NCBI GenBank assembly: GCA_030390025.1
Contig: CM059432.1
Coordinates: forward strand, 93,064,001 to 93,128,000
Source of the DNA: Squalus acanthias
Taxonomy: Eukaryota
Direction of reading: 5' to 3'
DNA length: 64,000 nucleotides
This document shows, piece by piece, positions 25,963 to 38,457 of the stretch (its first letter is position 1; each line of letters opens with the position of its first letter). The position numbers and the translations under genes are program-made. Below the pieces are notes generated by a model, which was not told where the DNA came from, did no database searches, and saw only the letters and a program-made list of their open reading frames with translations.

Positions 25963-27773
25963 GGGCTAGAGATTCATCTACTTACTGCTACTCTGTAGCG
26001 CCATGAAATGGCGATAAAATGGCAGTCGCCGCTCTTTTGCCAGCTGGTGGCGGTTCTCGCGACAGCCACCATATTCCTCTCCTCCCTTGCGCTGCTGGTA
26101 ACTGGCAGCGCCCTGGAAAAAAAAAGGCGGCATGGTGACGTCAATCGGCGTGCAATGCCGACTTAACATCACCAACGCGAACTTCGACCCTAGCGCTGAA
26201 TTCAGCACTGGGTCCTAAGCAGGCTGACAGTGGCGATGTCTGCAGCTCTTAAAGGGACACACACATCATTCAGATAAGTTTGAATTTAAGGGTTTGGACT
26301 GTTTTTTTTTCATTTTATTGAAGTGGTGGCTTGCTGCAATAGATGTGAAAAGTTTTTTTAAGTGTGCAGGGAGTGCTGCTAGATGCTTGCAAGGGCTCGG
26401 ATGGTAAATGAAGGCCTTTGAGAAGACAGAACATGCTGTGAATACTCAGCAGGTCACGCAACATCCGTAGAGAGAAAAACAGAGTTCACGTCTCAGATCG
26501 ACATGCTGCCTGACCAACTGAGTATTTGCAGCATTTTATGCTGTCATTTCACATTTACAGCATCCGCTTGCAGAGGGAAGAGGAAGATGCATAAGAGGAG
26601 GAATCAGACGGAAGGATGCATCCCAGACAGCCCCTTTGTGGTCGGGATATCGAGGATGGAATCATCCGCCTGGGGTCCCACAGGCTGGGCAGGCTGCCTC
26701 TTCTTGTTGACCCACTGGCTGGGCAGGCTGCATTTCTTGGGTGTATGAAATGAGATAGGCACAAGGGTGGAGTTGTGCTGACGGGAGGGTGGGAAAACAA
26801 GAGATGCATGCTAGAAGGAGGATAACGTACGAGGATACCCACATCTTGTATCCTTTCAGCCCCGCCGCTGGCCAAGGGCTCAACTATGTCCCTGCCAAGA
26901 ATGGCCTGCACCGTCTCCTCCAAGAGGGTGAGGTGAGGCTAGGAATGGGAGATATGCCTCGTCATTGGTGCAGATTGTTGGTAGGTGAGTGATTGGGGGT
27001 TGTGCATTGAGAAGTATGTGAGGATAGTGGTGCAGTTTAGGGGAGACGGCTTTTGAAGATGCATTCATTGACCTTGACCACTGGTCTGAGGTCATGAAGC
27101 TTCTTTGGGCACTGGAGCCAGGTGGTGGGGGCGACACTGCTGGCAGTGACAGCCTTAGTGATGTACTCCCCCATCGTTCTTTCTGGAGGGCTTCCTGGCC
27201 CCTGTGGGTAGAGGGCCGCTCTTGCAGTGTTGACTCCCTGCACAAAGCTAGAGTGCTGCGTGTGAGACCCACGGTGCCCTTTCCCTGGCTTGCTGAGCCA
27301 TTTGTGTTAGTGCTGAGGCAGTTTTCCCATTTGTTGAGGTTAGGAAGGTAATTCAGCTTTAACAGCTGAATATTCACATTTGGGACTTCTTTTAAATATT
27401 GAATATTTCTTAAAAGGCAGAAAGGGATGAAAAATGTATTGATTCACTGCATTTTATTTTGTATTGCTACAGTGTGCATGGCCCCTTTAATTCTCAGACC
27501 TCTTCATTGCCCACAATTCTCTTGCGAGCTCCACAGCTTCGCTCACAGAGGCTGTGTGAAGCTCCAACGCCGGACCTGGACGGGAACTTCGTTCCGGATC
27601 CCTCCAGCAATGCCATCAGGACGGCGTTGCACAGAAGGTGAGCACTGCGCCACCTATCTCCATGCCCCCCAGACCAATTTCACTCAGTTAGCGTTGCGGC
27701 CATTTCCAGCGGCTGTTAACTGCAGTTGCCAGTAACTCCGGCAACTTTGCTGGCGAACACGAATTTTTCCCCC
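25963..27773 (-). mobile_element. Non-autonomous Harbinger derivative carrying a decayed Myb/SANT gene
   Basis: Ends GGGCTAGAGATTC / GAATTTTTCCCCC. Minus-strand exon 27301-27073 reads MAQQARERAP...TWLQCPKKLHDLRPVVK|GT, followed by EETVQAILGRDIVEPLASG. Both align with exons 1-2 of 55182-57050. A pLTR fragment is inserted at about 26420-26570. Confidence 0.7.
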
Positions 27774-29159
27774 TAAGTGTTTACCAATTTGTAATACACT
27801 GTAATCCCAGCAGCAGAGTGAACTCTATTAATATAATTAAATCCTGCGCCTTAATGCAAACAATGTGTTAGCTGTGTTCAGAACAATATAGGAGGCAAAA
27901 CAAAATTGCTGACTGGAACTCCACACCAAAATAAATGCGTCAAACAGTTAAAAAAAATATATTTTACACAAATTAATTCAGTGATAATGTCATACGGCAG
28001 TGTGAAGTGGTAAATTCATAACTGATTTCTGGAAGTTCTTTAAACAAAAAGTGATCAATAGGGAATGGAGTTCCAGGTAGGATAGTGGAAGCAAAATCCA
28101 TGGAATTATTTAAGGAACAGTAGAATCCTGTGATGGCAAGAGGTGGGATTGCAGGTTTGATGAGACAGAAAGAGCCAAATGGCCTTCCTCATTTCCGTCT
28201 ATCCTGTGCTCTTAGAAGATAAATAAGTAATAAGTACTTACATTTGTCTGGCTGTGTTGACAGAGATAAAAATTGCTCTTTTACTAGATAAATCACATTG
28301 GATTTTTTTTATTCTGTTAAGTAGCATGGGAAAGAAAGCAATCCTTCTGCCATTTCGGATCTGTTCCAAAGGTTGCGCATTGCTGCACCTCCCCCGCAGA
28401 CTGACCTATTTTTCTCAAAATGCATGATGCAATGTTCAGTGAAACAGGCTTATGCTGCATTTGATACTCTACATGACCCTGAGTAACACTGGAGCACTGC
28501 AGGACCATTAGAAATAAGGGCCCATTGCCTAAAAATACAATTAATTTTCTATTAAAATAAAAGTGAAATCAAATCAAATTAATAAACTAAAAAATTGTTG
28601 TCATTGGCTTTGAATGCAATTTTCCATTCCTACATTTAATGCCTAAGCACAGATGAGATATTAAAACTCCATTTCAGAAATGAAAATAACACTAAAAATA
28701 TAAGCAATGCACACACTCCATTCGGGGAGTGCGAATTTATGCAAGGCGGGGGGGCGGGGATTCACCTGCTCGTCTGCCCTAACTTCAGTGGGAGAGTCGC
28801 GGTAACCTTGAGAAAATGGTAAATGCCATTTTTTCTGCGGTTCCTGCAACTTTTACGCCAAAGTTACAGAAGATGAGTGAGAGAACACCTGCAGAAATTC
28901 ACTCCCTGGGTTAACTTTCGGATTCAAGAATAGATTTTTTGCTCAGGCAAAATCTTAAGCAGAAATATGGTAGAATGTGATGCACGCTTTCCTGATGAGA
29001 AGTTCCTGGGTTAGCCTCACTTTAATATTGACATCGAGCTCCTGGGGTTATGAATGTCACTGATTATGATCTCCCCATTTCGGAAACTGCTGCAGGATTT
29101 TATGTGTGCAGCAGATTAAGAGACACGACACGCGGAACTAAACGCTTTTTACTGAAAAT

Positions 29160-29552
29160 AGCAACAGCAACTTGCATTTATATTGCACCTTTAGGACAGA
29201 GAAATACTTCACAGAGGTGTGAGGAAAAAAAGATGTTGAACCAAAGGAGAAATTACGAGGGGTGACAAAAGCCTAATTCAAAGGGAGCGGTTTAAAGGAG
29301 AGTCTAAAGGAAAGAGATGGAGGGGCAGATGGGTTTAGGCAGGAAACGGCAACGTTTGGGACCCAGACAGCTAAAGACACTGCCACCAATGGTGGATCGA
29401 AGGGGGGCATATGCACAAGAGGCTGGAGTCAGAGGACCGGAGAATTCAGAGAGTGGGGGAACGGGACGGGGACGACATTGGACGGCAGAAGGAGATACAT
29501 AAATGTGATGGGGCGAAACCATGGAAAGAATTAAACACATGGATGAGAATTT
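29160..29552 (-). mobile_element. L2-like 3' end, degenerate
   Basis: RSTIGGSVFSCLGPK motif; homologous to 42045-42749. Confidence 0.65.
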
Positions 29553-30096
29553 TAACTGTGACCTTGTTCAGAGGGGCAGGGATTTGGATGGGGAGGTGAA
29601 ATTCCTGAGCAGAAGAGCTGAAAGGCCAGGTGAGGGGAGGAGGAGGTGAGCAGGGGTTGATAGTGACTGAGAAAGGGAGGTAGAAGTAATGGGCTCGGGT
29701 CTGGAGTGGCAGCAAAAATTCGCAGGCGAACAGACACAGAGGGAATTCTGGGCCACAGAGATATGGCTGATATCAAGGCGAAACATATTTTCAAAGCTCC
29801 CAGAACACAGCGTGTAATATACGGGAAGCAGATATGGGGTCAGAGGGTGGAATATCTGGCAGCAGCAGCTCTCGCTGGTTACTCTTAAAGGGGAACTTGT
29901 TCCAAATTTGAAAAATGTTAGAGGCAAGGGGCAAAGGCAGGGCAGCACCATGGTGATGATAGCCACCTTCCAGTTAAGAGAATTGCAAGAACAGCCTAGA
30001 TAGAGGTGACAGATTGAATTAATGCTGTCTCAACTGTGGCCAGAATTGGGAGCAGGTGAGGAAGACATTTGCTGGGCTACACACTTGTCTTATAGA

Positions 30097-30545
30097 AAAA
30101 CTTACATTTATATAGCACCTTTCACGACCACCGGACGTCTCAAAATGCTTTACAGCCAATGAAGTACTTTTGGAGTGTAGTCACTGTTGAAATGTGGGAA
30201 ACACGGCAGCCAATTTGCGCACAGCAAGCTCCCACAAACAGCAATGTGATAATGACCAGATAAACTGTTTTTGTTATGTTGATTAAGAGATAAATATTGG
30301 CCAGGACACTGGGGATAACTCCCCTACTTTTCTTCGAAATATTGCCATGGGATCTTTTACGTCCACCTGAGAGAGCAGACGGGGCCTCAGTTTAACATCT
30401 CATCCGAAAGACGGCACCTCCGACAGTGCCGCACTCCCTCAGCACTGCACTGGGGTGACAGCCTAGATTTATGTGCTCAAGTCCCTGGAGTGGGACTTGA
30501 ACCCACAACCTTCTGACTCAGAGGCGAGTGAGCCACAGCTGACAC
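30097..30545 (-). mobile_element. tRNA-derived DeuSINE/SacSINE1-like SINE
   Basis: Minus strand has a tRNA-like head with box B GGTTCAAGTCC, the central GAGGGAGTGCGGCACTGTCGGAGGTGCCGTCTTTCGGATGAG domain, and an L2-like tail. Confidence 0.85.
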
Positions 30546-30599
30546 TTATAAGGCATTTTAATAACACAGAAGAACAATGCCCAGCTTTCTATCAAAAAG

Positions 30600-31021
30600 A
30601 AAAGACTTGCATTTCTATAGTTCCTTTCACGACCACCAGACATCCCAAAGTGCTTTACAGCCAATTAAGTACTTTTTGAAGTGTAGTCACTGTTGTAATG
30701 TAGGAAATGCAGCAGACAATTTGCGCACAGCAAGCTCCCACAAACAGTAATGTGATAATGACCAGATAATCTGTTTCAGTGATGTTGATCGAGGGATAAA
30801 TATTGGCTAGGACTCCCCTGCTCTTCTTCGAAATAGTGCCAGGGGATCATTTACATTCACTTGAGAGGGCAGACAGGGCCACGGTTTAACATCTCAACTG
30901 AAAGACAGCACCTCCGACAGTGTAGCACTCCCCCAGCACTGCTAGGTCTTTTGTGCTCAAGTCTCTGGAGCGGGACTTGAACACACAACATTCTGACCCA
31001 GAGGCGTGAGTGCCAACCACT
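30600..31021 (-). mobile_element. Second SINE copy, split by the Tx1 insertion; its 5' end lies at 40485-40517
   Basis: Homologous to 30097-30545. The sequence stops at ...GAGTGCCAACCACT and resumes as GAGTGCTACCCACTGAGCCACTGGCTGACAC. Confidence 0.85.
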
Positions 31022-31149
31022 TTTTAAAAATTATATTATTTATTGAACATTAAGAACATTTACAACATCGTGATCATTCCATTGTATCATTCAAATCCAT
31101 TCCGCTGCTCTGCACAGCTATTCCTCCACCACATATTAAACATCAAAAC

Positions 31150-34100
31150 CTGAAGTTTAATTTGTCTCCCGCAACATATATTCATCGATTGTACTTTAAA
31201 AATTGATCGTAAAATAATATCTTTAAATTCCTTTCTGAATAAAACATCCAGAGCCTTATAATGATCTTTTAGCTTATATTTAAAATACTCTTAGATTGAT
31301 TCTCCTCCCCTTAAAAAACAGAGCATTCCTTCTTTGCTCAATCACGAATCTAGCCAAACTGAACATTAAATTAATTGCTGCTCCGCTAGACTCAGGCAGA
31401 CTCTCCTGCAATCCCCATCTTAAAATTGAGTCCCACGGGATTCCCATTCTCGCTCTTCGGTCCCCACCCAGCAAAAAAACCTCACACAACTGTCGAACAT
31501 AGTACTTAAAATCATTTAACTGCAGACATAACACTAGTAAATGGGACAGAGTCTCATCCCGTGTCCCACACACTGGGCAAGTTGCCCCCGCCACTTGTCC
31601 AATCTTACATAAGACCGTCATGGTAAAAATCCGGTTATGAGCCAATTTGAAATCCAGTTCAATCCACTCTGGACATTTAAAATTTGCCCACACTCCCTTC
31701 CAAATCCTGTTGAAGTCCAGCTGTGGGTATATACTCTGCTAAAATTCCTGACCAGCAGGTGTCTTGAATCTCCATTCTCTAAATACCCCATAGAAATCTC
31801 GAGTATTACAGTTGTCAAATTGGACCAACTCTTCCCCTTTCTCCAGCAGAAAGCTTGGAAAAGCGGGACGCATTTTACTTCCTTTGGAGATTTCCGCATT
31901 TATTTCTTCCATCCAATCCTGTGGCATTGACCTCACAATCTTCTCATACATGATCATAATTGCTTTTTCCTCTACCTCCTGATTCTCCTCCCACACCATG
32001 TCCCTCACTATCGCTTCCGGCAACCAGCCTGGAATTACCTCGTATAATACATCTTTCACATATATAATACGAGCTTTTATAAAAGCTTGATTAAATAATA
32101 CCTCTGTTGACCCACCTGTTCAAAAATAAGGGCTGTTCTTAAAATTCATCAGCACCCTTGGGCATAAACTGCACACTTTTTAAAAATTGGGCCCAAGTCT
32201 CTACAACCCCCTTATAAAACATAGGGAGAGGTTTAATCGATTTCAAAACATATTATTGTATTCCATATACAATATCCCCTGCCCTCCTATCGCACTTCGT
32301 TTTAAAAATACTCAAAACAACTCTTCCAAAAACTTGTATTTGACTTCTGAAGAAATCTCTTCACCCATTTGATTCTAAAGGATTTTTTCTTCAAATCAAT
32401 ATCTGGGAAATTGAGTCCTCCCTGATTTCTCCGTCCAATGATGGTATTGTAAGCAACCAAGGCTGGTTTCCCTTCCCATAAAAACCTCACATAAGCCTCT
32501 CGGATGGACTTTTCCGCCCACTCAGGAATATCCTCCACCGTCAATAAGTACCATAGCTTAGACAGCAGGAGAGCAGACACCACTGTCGCTCTTCCTTGCA
32601 CTTTCAACCACCTTCTTTCCCATCTTCCCAAAATCTTTTTAATTTTCATAACCTTCGGTTCCCAATTTAATCGATCCACTTCATCCGTCTTTCTTGCACC
32701 CCATATGCACCCCCAGAACTTCCAAAACTTCCACCACCTTAAAAGGGACTTTCCTCCAACCATTCCCCCCTACCCCTTCCTGCAACCAGGCATTTGGACT
32801 TACTATAATTCACTCTGGCTCCTGAAGCTCTACAATACTCCTCCACTACGTCCATAGCTTTTCTCACTGACTCTTCATTTCTTAATGTTAAGGTTGTGTC
32901 ATCTGCATATTGGTGTATCACCGACACCAGCCCGGAACTGGGAACCGCAATCCCAACTACACCTTGTTCCTTTCACATCATGTAACGTAATGGTTCTGCT
33001 ACCAATGTGTACAACAATGGGGACAGGGGACAACCCCATCTCACTGACCTCTGTATCGGAAAATACTTGGATAAAAAACCATTACATTTAACACAGCTAA
33101 ATATGTTTGAATAAAAAATCCTTATCCACTCAATGAAATTTTCCCCGAAACCAAATGCTTCCAAAACCATCAATAAAAACTCATGAGAGACCCTATCAAA
33201 GGCTTTCTCTTGATCTATCTTTAATACATAAGCCTCCCTCCCACTCTCTTCCATGAGCTCTATCACATCCCGGATTGAGACCACAGAGTCTGCGATGTCT
33301 CGGCCTATGACTCCATAGGACTGAGAGGGCAAAGCTATGTGCGGCATCACCTCCTTCACACGATTTGCCACAACCCTCGCCAAGATCTTATAATCCACAT
33401 TTAACAATGTGATGGGCCTCCAATTCTTTAGATCCCTTCTATTCCCTTTATTTTTATAAGCTAAGCTTATGACACCTCTCCTCATAGATGGGGCCAGGCT
33501 TCCCTCAATTTTAATCTCCTTAAAAACCTCTAAAAGCAATGGACTTAAAATCTCTAAAAATTCTTTATAAAATTCTGCACTTAGTCCATCGGACCCTGGG
33601 CTTTTCCCCCCTTCATTCCACTTATTGCTACTTTTATTTCCGCTAATCCTACTTCTTTGTCACACATGCTTCTCTCATCCTCCTTTAAATCCTCTTCAAT
33701 AAAAGCACTAACCTTCTCCATCGGCAATTTGGAAATGTCTTCTTTTGTATATAACTCTTGATAAAAGCTGCTAGCCGCCTCTAAAATCTCCCCACTTTCA
33801 TTAATGATCTTCTCCCCTCTGTCAACTACTTTACAGACATCCGTAAACTTTTTGTTTATATTCTCTTCTCGACGCCGGTTAGCTGCCGCTCTCTCTTTCC
33901 CATAATGTACCGAAAAAACTTTTACCTCATATTTAAAATTGTCCCACCAAACTCTTCTTTCTTTCAAAAACAAAGGTTCCTTCCGAGCATTCTTTATTAT
34001 ATTTAAAATCCCTTCTTTATAAGCAATTTCTTTCAGGTATTGATTGTTTAAAATCCACACCCCTGGACCGATCTTAACTCTGCTGTTCCTAATTCTAAGA

Positions 34101-34785
34101 GTCAAAGCCGAGTGGTCACTAAAAAATACTTTTTTGTAATAAATCTCCATCACCTCAGAACTTAACCCTTCCCGTATTAACAGAAAATCTATTTGGCTCT
34201 GTTTTAAAACATCACCCACCCAACCTGTTCTGGAGAACTCCCTTTTTATGGGGCTCCGATCCCTCCAGAAGTCTCTTAAATTTAAATTTGCCATCATTTT
34301 TACAATCATCCCTCTGGAGTTATCATCCTTAAAGGTCATCTGGGCTGAAATGTCCATCCGAGATAAAAATACATTAAAATCCCCCACTATACAAGGGTTT
34401 TCCGCCTCTGCCACTTCAGTGAGTAACCACCGAAAAAACCCGCGACGCTTACAATGGTCGTTCGGTGCATAGATATTAAAGAGATCGCAATTAAATTCCT
34501 CCATTTTTACCTTTAGCCGTAAAAATCCTCCTCAGTGTCCTTGTCCACCAAGGCAACACTCTCTTTTATGGACAGACTCACCAAAACAGCCACCCCTCTA
34601 CGGTTATTGTTTGCACAACTTGCAAACACCTCTCCCTTCCAAACCTTCCGAACTCTTTCCAGGATATCCTCATCCCAAAAGGTTTCTTGCAGACACAAGT
34701 CAGTGCCTTTAAAACACTACAACAACTGCTGCAATTTCTTCTCACCCCTCAGTCCGTTCATATTAATCGAGACCAATGTAATCAT
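31150..34785 (-). pseudogene. Tx1 ORF2 (APE endonuclease, reverse transcriptase, CCHC), frameshifted
   Basis: Motifs in order across ORF fragments: MITLVSINMNGLR, CLQET, NIYAPN, VGDFN, SDH, NWRPITLLNVDYKILA, DQEKAFDRV, GCPLSPLLY, YADDTTL, CPVCGTRDETLSHLLVLC. Confidence 0.9.
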
Positions 34786-35141
34786 GGCTCCGAATAAGGG
34801 AAGTGTGCCTGATAATCTCCCCATCATTTAATCTCTGGCCCTTCCTTCCTCTCATGCTCCTTCCCAACTTTTCAGGCAGCTGTTGCTTTTTCCTGCAGCC
34901 TCCGGCTCTTTTTCACCACCTTCCCTGCTGTTTCAGCCTCTTCCTTGCATTAGGTTTGGACCGAGGAGCTGCCCCTTCTCCCTCCTTCTGCCCCTCACTA
35001 ACCTTTCCCTTTCCACATGATGCCACCCCACCCCTCACTTCCATGTCTCTGTCCCCCTCTGATTCCTCACTCTCAAGCTCTTCTGTAACATCCTGTTCCT
35101 GCTCCATGTCAGATACATAATCGTGCTCCGTCAGATACATA

Positions 35142-36652
35142 GGGCTGGATTTTGTCTTGGGGTCGGGTTAGGGTCGTGTTACCCACATTTCGTGTTGCCC
35201 CCCCGACTCCAGATTAATGTGGATGAATGATGGAATTTTCACTTAATTGGTCAATTGAGTTCAAGCATGTGGGAACCCATGAACCAATTAGTGGTTTCAG
35301 TCTGAAAGTAGCCTGTGATGATGTCATTATTGCAGGTCAGAGACTGCCTGCCTGGTCTCATAGATTGCCTGGCCTTTGCTGTGAGTGGACCTGGATGCAA
35401 AATGAGCAGCATCTGAGAGAGAGAGAGCGAGCGAGAGAGAGAGAGAGAAGAGAGAGAGAGAAGAGAGAGAGGGCTGGATTTTGAATGACCCGTGGAGTCG
35501 GGTTTGGAGGCGTGTGGGGGGTTAAAGTTGCGGGGTCGGGGGTCCCGACCCCATCCCGCCTCCACGCAATTTTGATAAAATCGTGTGCGGTGTTCCCGAC
35601 TCCGTCCCGCCTCCAAGAGGCGGGAGAGGCCATTAAAGCCCTTAACAAGCCCTAAATTGGCTCTGTAATGCCATTTTGAAACGTTTTAGCTAGTTTAACC
35701 CTTTTCCGACGTAAAGTACGCCTGATGTGAAACACTCCAGTGAAACCTGGCGGGAGCACAAGTGGATCGCTGACTATCAGATGCAGGTCCACTATTACAA
35801 CGGAGATGTGATGAAGGTAGTAGTATTAGGTATTAGATCTGTAAGTCGCCTCTGATGCTGCTGCATTGAATGTTTTCAGAGACTGCCTGGCCTTTGCTGT
35901 GAGAGGACCTGGATGCAAAAAAAATTCTCATTCTCTCTCTCTCTCTCTCTCCTCATTTTGCATCCAGGTCCTCTCACAGCAAAAGCCAGGCAGGTCCTCT
36001 CACAGCAAAAGCCAGGCAGTCAGTCTCTGACCTGCAATGCAGCAGCAATGATGACATCATCAGAGGCGACTTTCAGACTGAAACCACTAATTGTTTCATG
36101 GGTTCCCACATGCTGGAACTCAATTGCCCAATTAAGTGAAAATTGCATCATTCATCCACATTAATCTGGAGTCGGGGAGGAACACGAGATGCGGATGACA
36201 CGACCCTAACCCGACCCCAAGACAAAATCCAGCCCAGAGACTCTCTGAAGACATTCAATGCAGCAGCATCACAATACTGCTACTACTACATCACAATACT
36301 ACTACTACCTTCATCACATCTCCGTTGTAATAGTGGACCTGCCTATCCACTTGTGCTCCCGCCAGGTTTCACTGGCATGTTTCACATCAGGCGTGCTTCA
36401 CGTCGGAAAAGGGTTAAACTAGCTAAAACGTTTCAAAATGGCATTACAGAGCCAATTTAGGGCTTGTTAAGGGCTTTAATGGCCTCTCCCGCCTCTTGGA
36501 GGCGGGACGGAGTCAGGAACCCCGCGCCCGATTTTGTCAAAATTGCGTGGAGGTGGAATGGAGTCGGGATGGGGTCGGGACCCCTGAATCTGCAACTTTA
36601 ACCCCCCACACGCCTCCAAACCCGAGTCCACGGGTCATTGAAAATCCAGCCC
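35142..36652. mobile_element. ~750-bp Harbinger-type MITE (outer copy) containing an inverted copy of itself
   Basis: TIR GGGCTGGATTTT / AAAATCCAGCCC. ATA TSD at 35139-35141 and 36653-36655. Confidence 0.9.
35471..36235. mobile_element. Inner MITE copy, opposite orientation, inserted in the outer copy's (GA)n tract
   Basis: Same TIRs. AGA TSD at 35468-35470 and 36236-36238. Confidence 0.9.
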
Positions 36653-37611
36653 ATAATCTCCCTTAGAGTCTTCCTGCTATCGCGGTTTCTCCAACAGTGC
36701 CGCTCCCTTCGGCCTCATCTCCACCGCTGACCCTTGCTCCCCGTTTCTTCTCTCTCTGGGACAATGGTGCACCTATATTGCTCCCTTCTGGCATCTTTGT
36801 CTCCCCGCTCCCGTCCTGCTGCCCCTTTAAGGCTCCTGCCTCTTGCACCCTCTCCTTGTCTTGCCCCCTCCTGCTCTCCGAGATGCTCGACTCCTCATCT
36901 TTCTTTGGAGTACTTATATTTACCACGCACCCCACTCCTGCCTTCTCTCCCCCCGCAGACACCAGATTCTTTAGGGAGAGCTGAACTGTATTATGGCTCG
37001 ACTCTGCCCTCGACCCGTGCTGCCCTCTGCTGTCTTTGTCCTTTTCCACTGTACTTGGTGTGTTTTCCACAATCTCCATCCTGTTCTCTGCTCTGCAATT
37101 TTCTGCCTCTTCCTGCGCTCTTTTCTCCTTCCATTCACCAGCTGCGTCCTCCGCCTGCTCCGCTCCTCCAGCAGTTCCACTCAGACCTCCTGTTCCTTCT
37201 CCCATCTCATCACTCAAGGGGCTTCCTTCTGCCTCACACTCACAGCGGGTGGGGCCTTTGTGACACATCCCACAGCTCTCCGCCTTGCAGCTCCAAGCAA
37301 TGTGTCCAGACTCATCGCAATTATAACAGTACAAGTCTGGACAGTTTCTTACAAGATGGTCGTGTCCAAGACAATAATAACAAACCTTCACCTGGTTATC
37401 ATGTAGTATCCGGAAGTACTGCACCCCTTCCATTGTCTCAAATTTCATGCTATACGGCAATGACTTCACCCCCTCTGGGAACCGCACCTTTACGTAACGG
37501 GTTCCATCTGCTACCCGTGTTCCTGGATAGTATCTCCTCTTTACTGCCGAGCAAATTTTAATATCCCACGACTCCAACTTTTCGATTAGCACATCATCCT
37601 CAATATAAACA

Positions 37612-38027
37612 TGAGAAGTCGCACAACACCAGGTTATAGTCCAACAGATTTATTTAATTTTACAAGCTTTCGGAGCTATCGCTCCTTCGTCAGGTAAGTT
37701 AGCAATGAGAGAATCTCCCAGAATTCACAATTTAAACCCAGACAAAATCTATTCACATTATTCGCTACAACAAAGAGCACAGCCAAGACAATGAGATGTG
37801 TCCCAGGGGGTCCAGCGTGTCAAACCACCTGCTGGCTGCATATCCTGTCAATTTGTGTTCTTGTGTTTTTAAAAAAAAACACCTGGGAAGACCGGCCATG
37901 ATGTCAAGTCACGTTCTGTATCGTGACATGAACCCGATATCGCGATTGAGGCCATCCTCATGAGTGCGGAACTTGGCTATCAGTTTCTGCTCTATGATTT
38001 TGCGCTGTCGTGTATCTCGAAGGCAGG
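37612..38027 (-). mobile_element. Penelope-like element, 5'-truncated insertion (second PLE family)
   Basis: GIY-YIG C-terminus RQRKIIEQKLIAKFRTHEDGLNRDIGFMSRY*. 11-bp TSD CAATATAAACA at 37601-37611 and 38028-38038. Hammerhead near the 3' end. Confidence 0.88.
37660..37697 (-). ncRNA. Minimal type I hammerhead ribozyme
   Basis: Minus strand reads TTAC-CTGACGA-A-GGAGC-GATA-GCTCC-GAAA-GCTT-GTAA: intact core, perfect stems I and II, palindromic stem III AGCT. Confidence 0.85.
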
Positions 38028-38457
38028 CAATATAAACAGGCAGGTTTAAGAATGAGACCACCAGCTCTTCAGAATATAGCAGAGATACCTCCAAGAACTT
38101 ATCACCAACCTTCAAACTGAGTAAAAGTCTTTCCACCTCCTCTCGGCCACTGACCGTCACCTCGAACCCAACATTCAGCTTTGGTCGGCAGGCAAAGCAG
38201 CTTCCCTCGCCACAGTCCTCATGTGCCACAACCTGGATAATATCCCAAGCTCGTATCTCCTTATCCTCGCACTGAACCACCACCGTGTTTTCTTTTCCAA
38301 ACTGTCTGGGGTCTCGGCCCAAATCTCTGGGCCTTTTTTTCTCCCTTCCCCCAACATTTTCTCCCCTGATTAAATTCATCCTGGGAACACTGTCCTCTGA
38401 GGGGCCCAGCATTCCGGGCCCCTCAGCAGCTATCTGGCTGCTGTTTATGGACCAAAA

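Larger units (their letters stand above)
34830..38445 (-). pseudogene. Tx1 ORF1 (gag-like, zinc knuckles), interrupted by a Penelope fragment and a MITE pair
   Basis: Removing 37612-38038 rejoins ...VSFLNLPVYI-EDDVLIEKLESW in frame. Contains CYYCLGHDHLVRNC and CYNCDESGHIAWSC, with an acidic/basic tail continuing at 34913-35140. Confidence 0.85.

Noticed and set aside
28325..28486. Protein-like open frame (…SAISDLFQRLRIAAPPPQ…)
   Set aside because: No recognisable homology and no convincing splice context.
30470..30545. tRNA gene
   Set aside because: The tRNA-like sequence is a SINE head continuous with the SINE body; no complete cloverleaf.
36734..37561. 275-aa plus-strand ORF
   Set aside because: Antisense shadow of Tx1 ORF1 with low-complexity composition.
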